Shown here: in pieces, positions 63,528 to 64,000 of the stretch
How positions within the stretch are numbered: position 1 is the stretch's first letter
How the letters are laid out: every line of letters starts with the position of its first letter
Source: a virus
Taxonomy: Duplodnaviria > Caudoviricetes
IMG/VR virus record: IMGVR_UViG_3300013105_000022
Span: 72,516 to 136,515 of that record
DNA length: 64,000 nt
Reading direction: 5' to 3' (one strand)
Program-made: the position numbers and the translations under genes
The notes under the pieces: model-generated
What the model saw: only the letters and a program-made list of their open reading frames with translations
Told to the model about the DNA's origin: nothing
Databases searched by the model: none

Positions 63528-63600
63528 CGCGGGATAGTGTAAATGTGCACGGCCACTAGGGAGTGGTTAGTTCAGGGGTAACGACCTGATCCTGTGACCA
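63528..63600 (+). tRNA. Atypical tRNA-Pro(AGG)-like RNA with encoded CCA
   Basis: Four intact stems, C1:G72, A73, CCA; non-canonical D, anticodon and T loops. Confidence 0.6.
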
Positions 63601-63698
63601 ACTTCCGGTGAGGGTCTTTGACCTTTAGCCGGTTGCGGAGAGGGCCTAGTTACGTAGGCAAAGTACATGTGCCAGGTGGGTAGGAGCTTGTACATTAT

Positions 63699-63773
63699 GG
63701 TGGTAGAGGCAGAGCGGTTGTTGCAACAGGTTGTGAGCCTGTCCCCTGGCGGGTTCGATTCCCGTCTATCACC
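63699..63773 (+). tRNA. tRNA-His(GTG)
   Basis: G-1:C73, GTGGTAG/CTATCAC, loop TT-GTG-AG, TTCGATT. Confidence 0.9.
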
Positions 63774-63775
63774 CG

Positions 63776-64000
63776 AGTACAGGTGGGAGCACCTGGACTA
63801 AGAGAAGTAGCAGGATGCAGGTACACTGAACCTGCCGGGGTCTCAATCCCCGTCCGACTACAGCAGAGGCTTGGTGGTCTACTCAACCTCAAGCCAGGTA
63901 AAGGCGCTGTTGCTATCTCGAACCCAGAACCTATGTGGCCCGTGCAGGGTACGTGTGGATAGGACGCACAACGCGGAGACCGGGAATCCGTACTGAAAGA
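63776..64000 (+). ncRNA. Putative structured RNA (may run past the window edge)
   Basis: Stems CAGGTG/CACCTG, GCAGGT/ACCTGC, CGGGG/CCCCG, GGCTTG/CAAGCC; no credible + strand ORF. Confidence 0.45.

Noticed and set aside
62433-63892. ORFs over the RNA cluster (62552-62821, 63119-63556, 63204-63449 and others)
   Set aside because: They overlap tRNAs and lack the codon style of real genes here

Overview
A 64-kb segment of a large tailed (siphovirus-type) phage genome, with all supported genes on the + strand. The host is most likely an actinobacterium, judged from Lsr2, NrdH, an actinobacterial-type ThyA and leaderless genes. Order: two glycosyltransferases; terminase, portal and MuF; a 2622-aa multi-enzyme protein; protease/scaffold, decoration protein and major capsid; neck and tail genes with an inserted glutaredoxin and a third glycosyltransferase; frameshifted tail chaperone, tape measure and tail tip; holin and extra fibre/depolymerase genes; a replication/transcription block (SNF2 helicase, HNH, two sigma-like proteins, MazG, DnaB, ThyA, vWA, prim-pol, clamp-loader delta'/delta, Pol A, SSB, RuvC-like, RecA, Lsr2); and the start of a tRNA cluster. 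Main highlights: (1) a circularly permuted tRNA-like RNA (YrlA/Y-RNA architecture) between two tRNA-Pro genes, next to an aberrant CCA-ending tRNA-Pro-like RNA and several long structured non-coding spacers; (2) a probably head-packaged polyvalent effector (GNAT-like, L7/L12-like, Nudix, PI3K/HipA-like kinase, degenerate ART, about 10 repeats) that shares a motif with the portal C-terminus, carries the same x-(K/E)-L-(S/A) motif as other head proteins, and is followed by a small gene with its own consensus TTGACA-N17-TATACT promoter; (3) two GCG-anchored promoter classes (GCGATAGTA before virion genes, GGCGTA-type before replication genes), several giving leaderless mRNAs. All calls are from motif reading by eye; no searches or folding programs were run.
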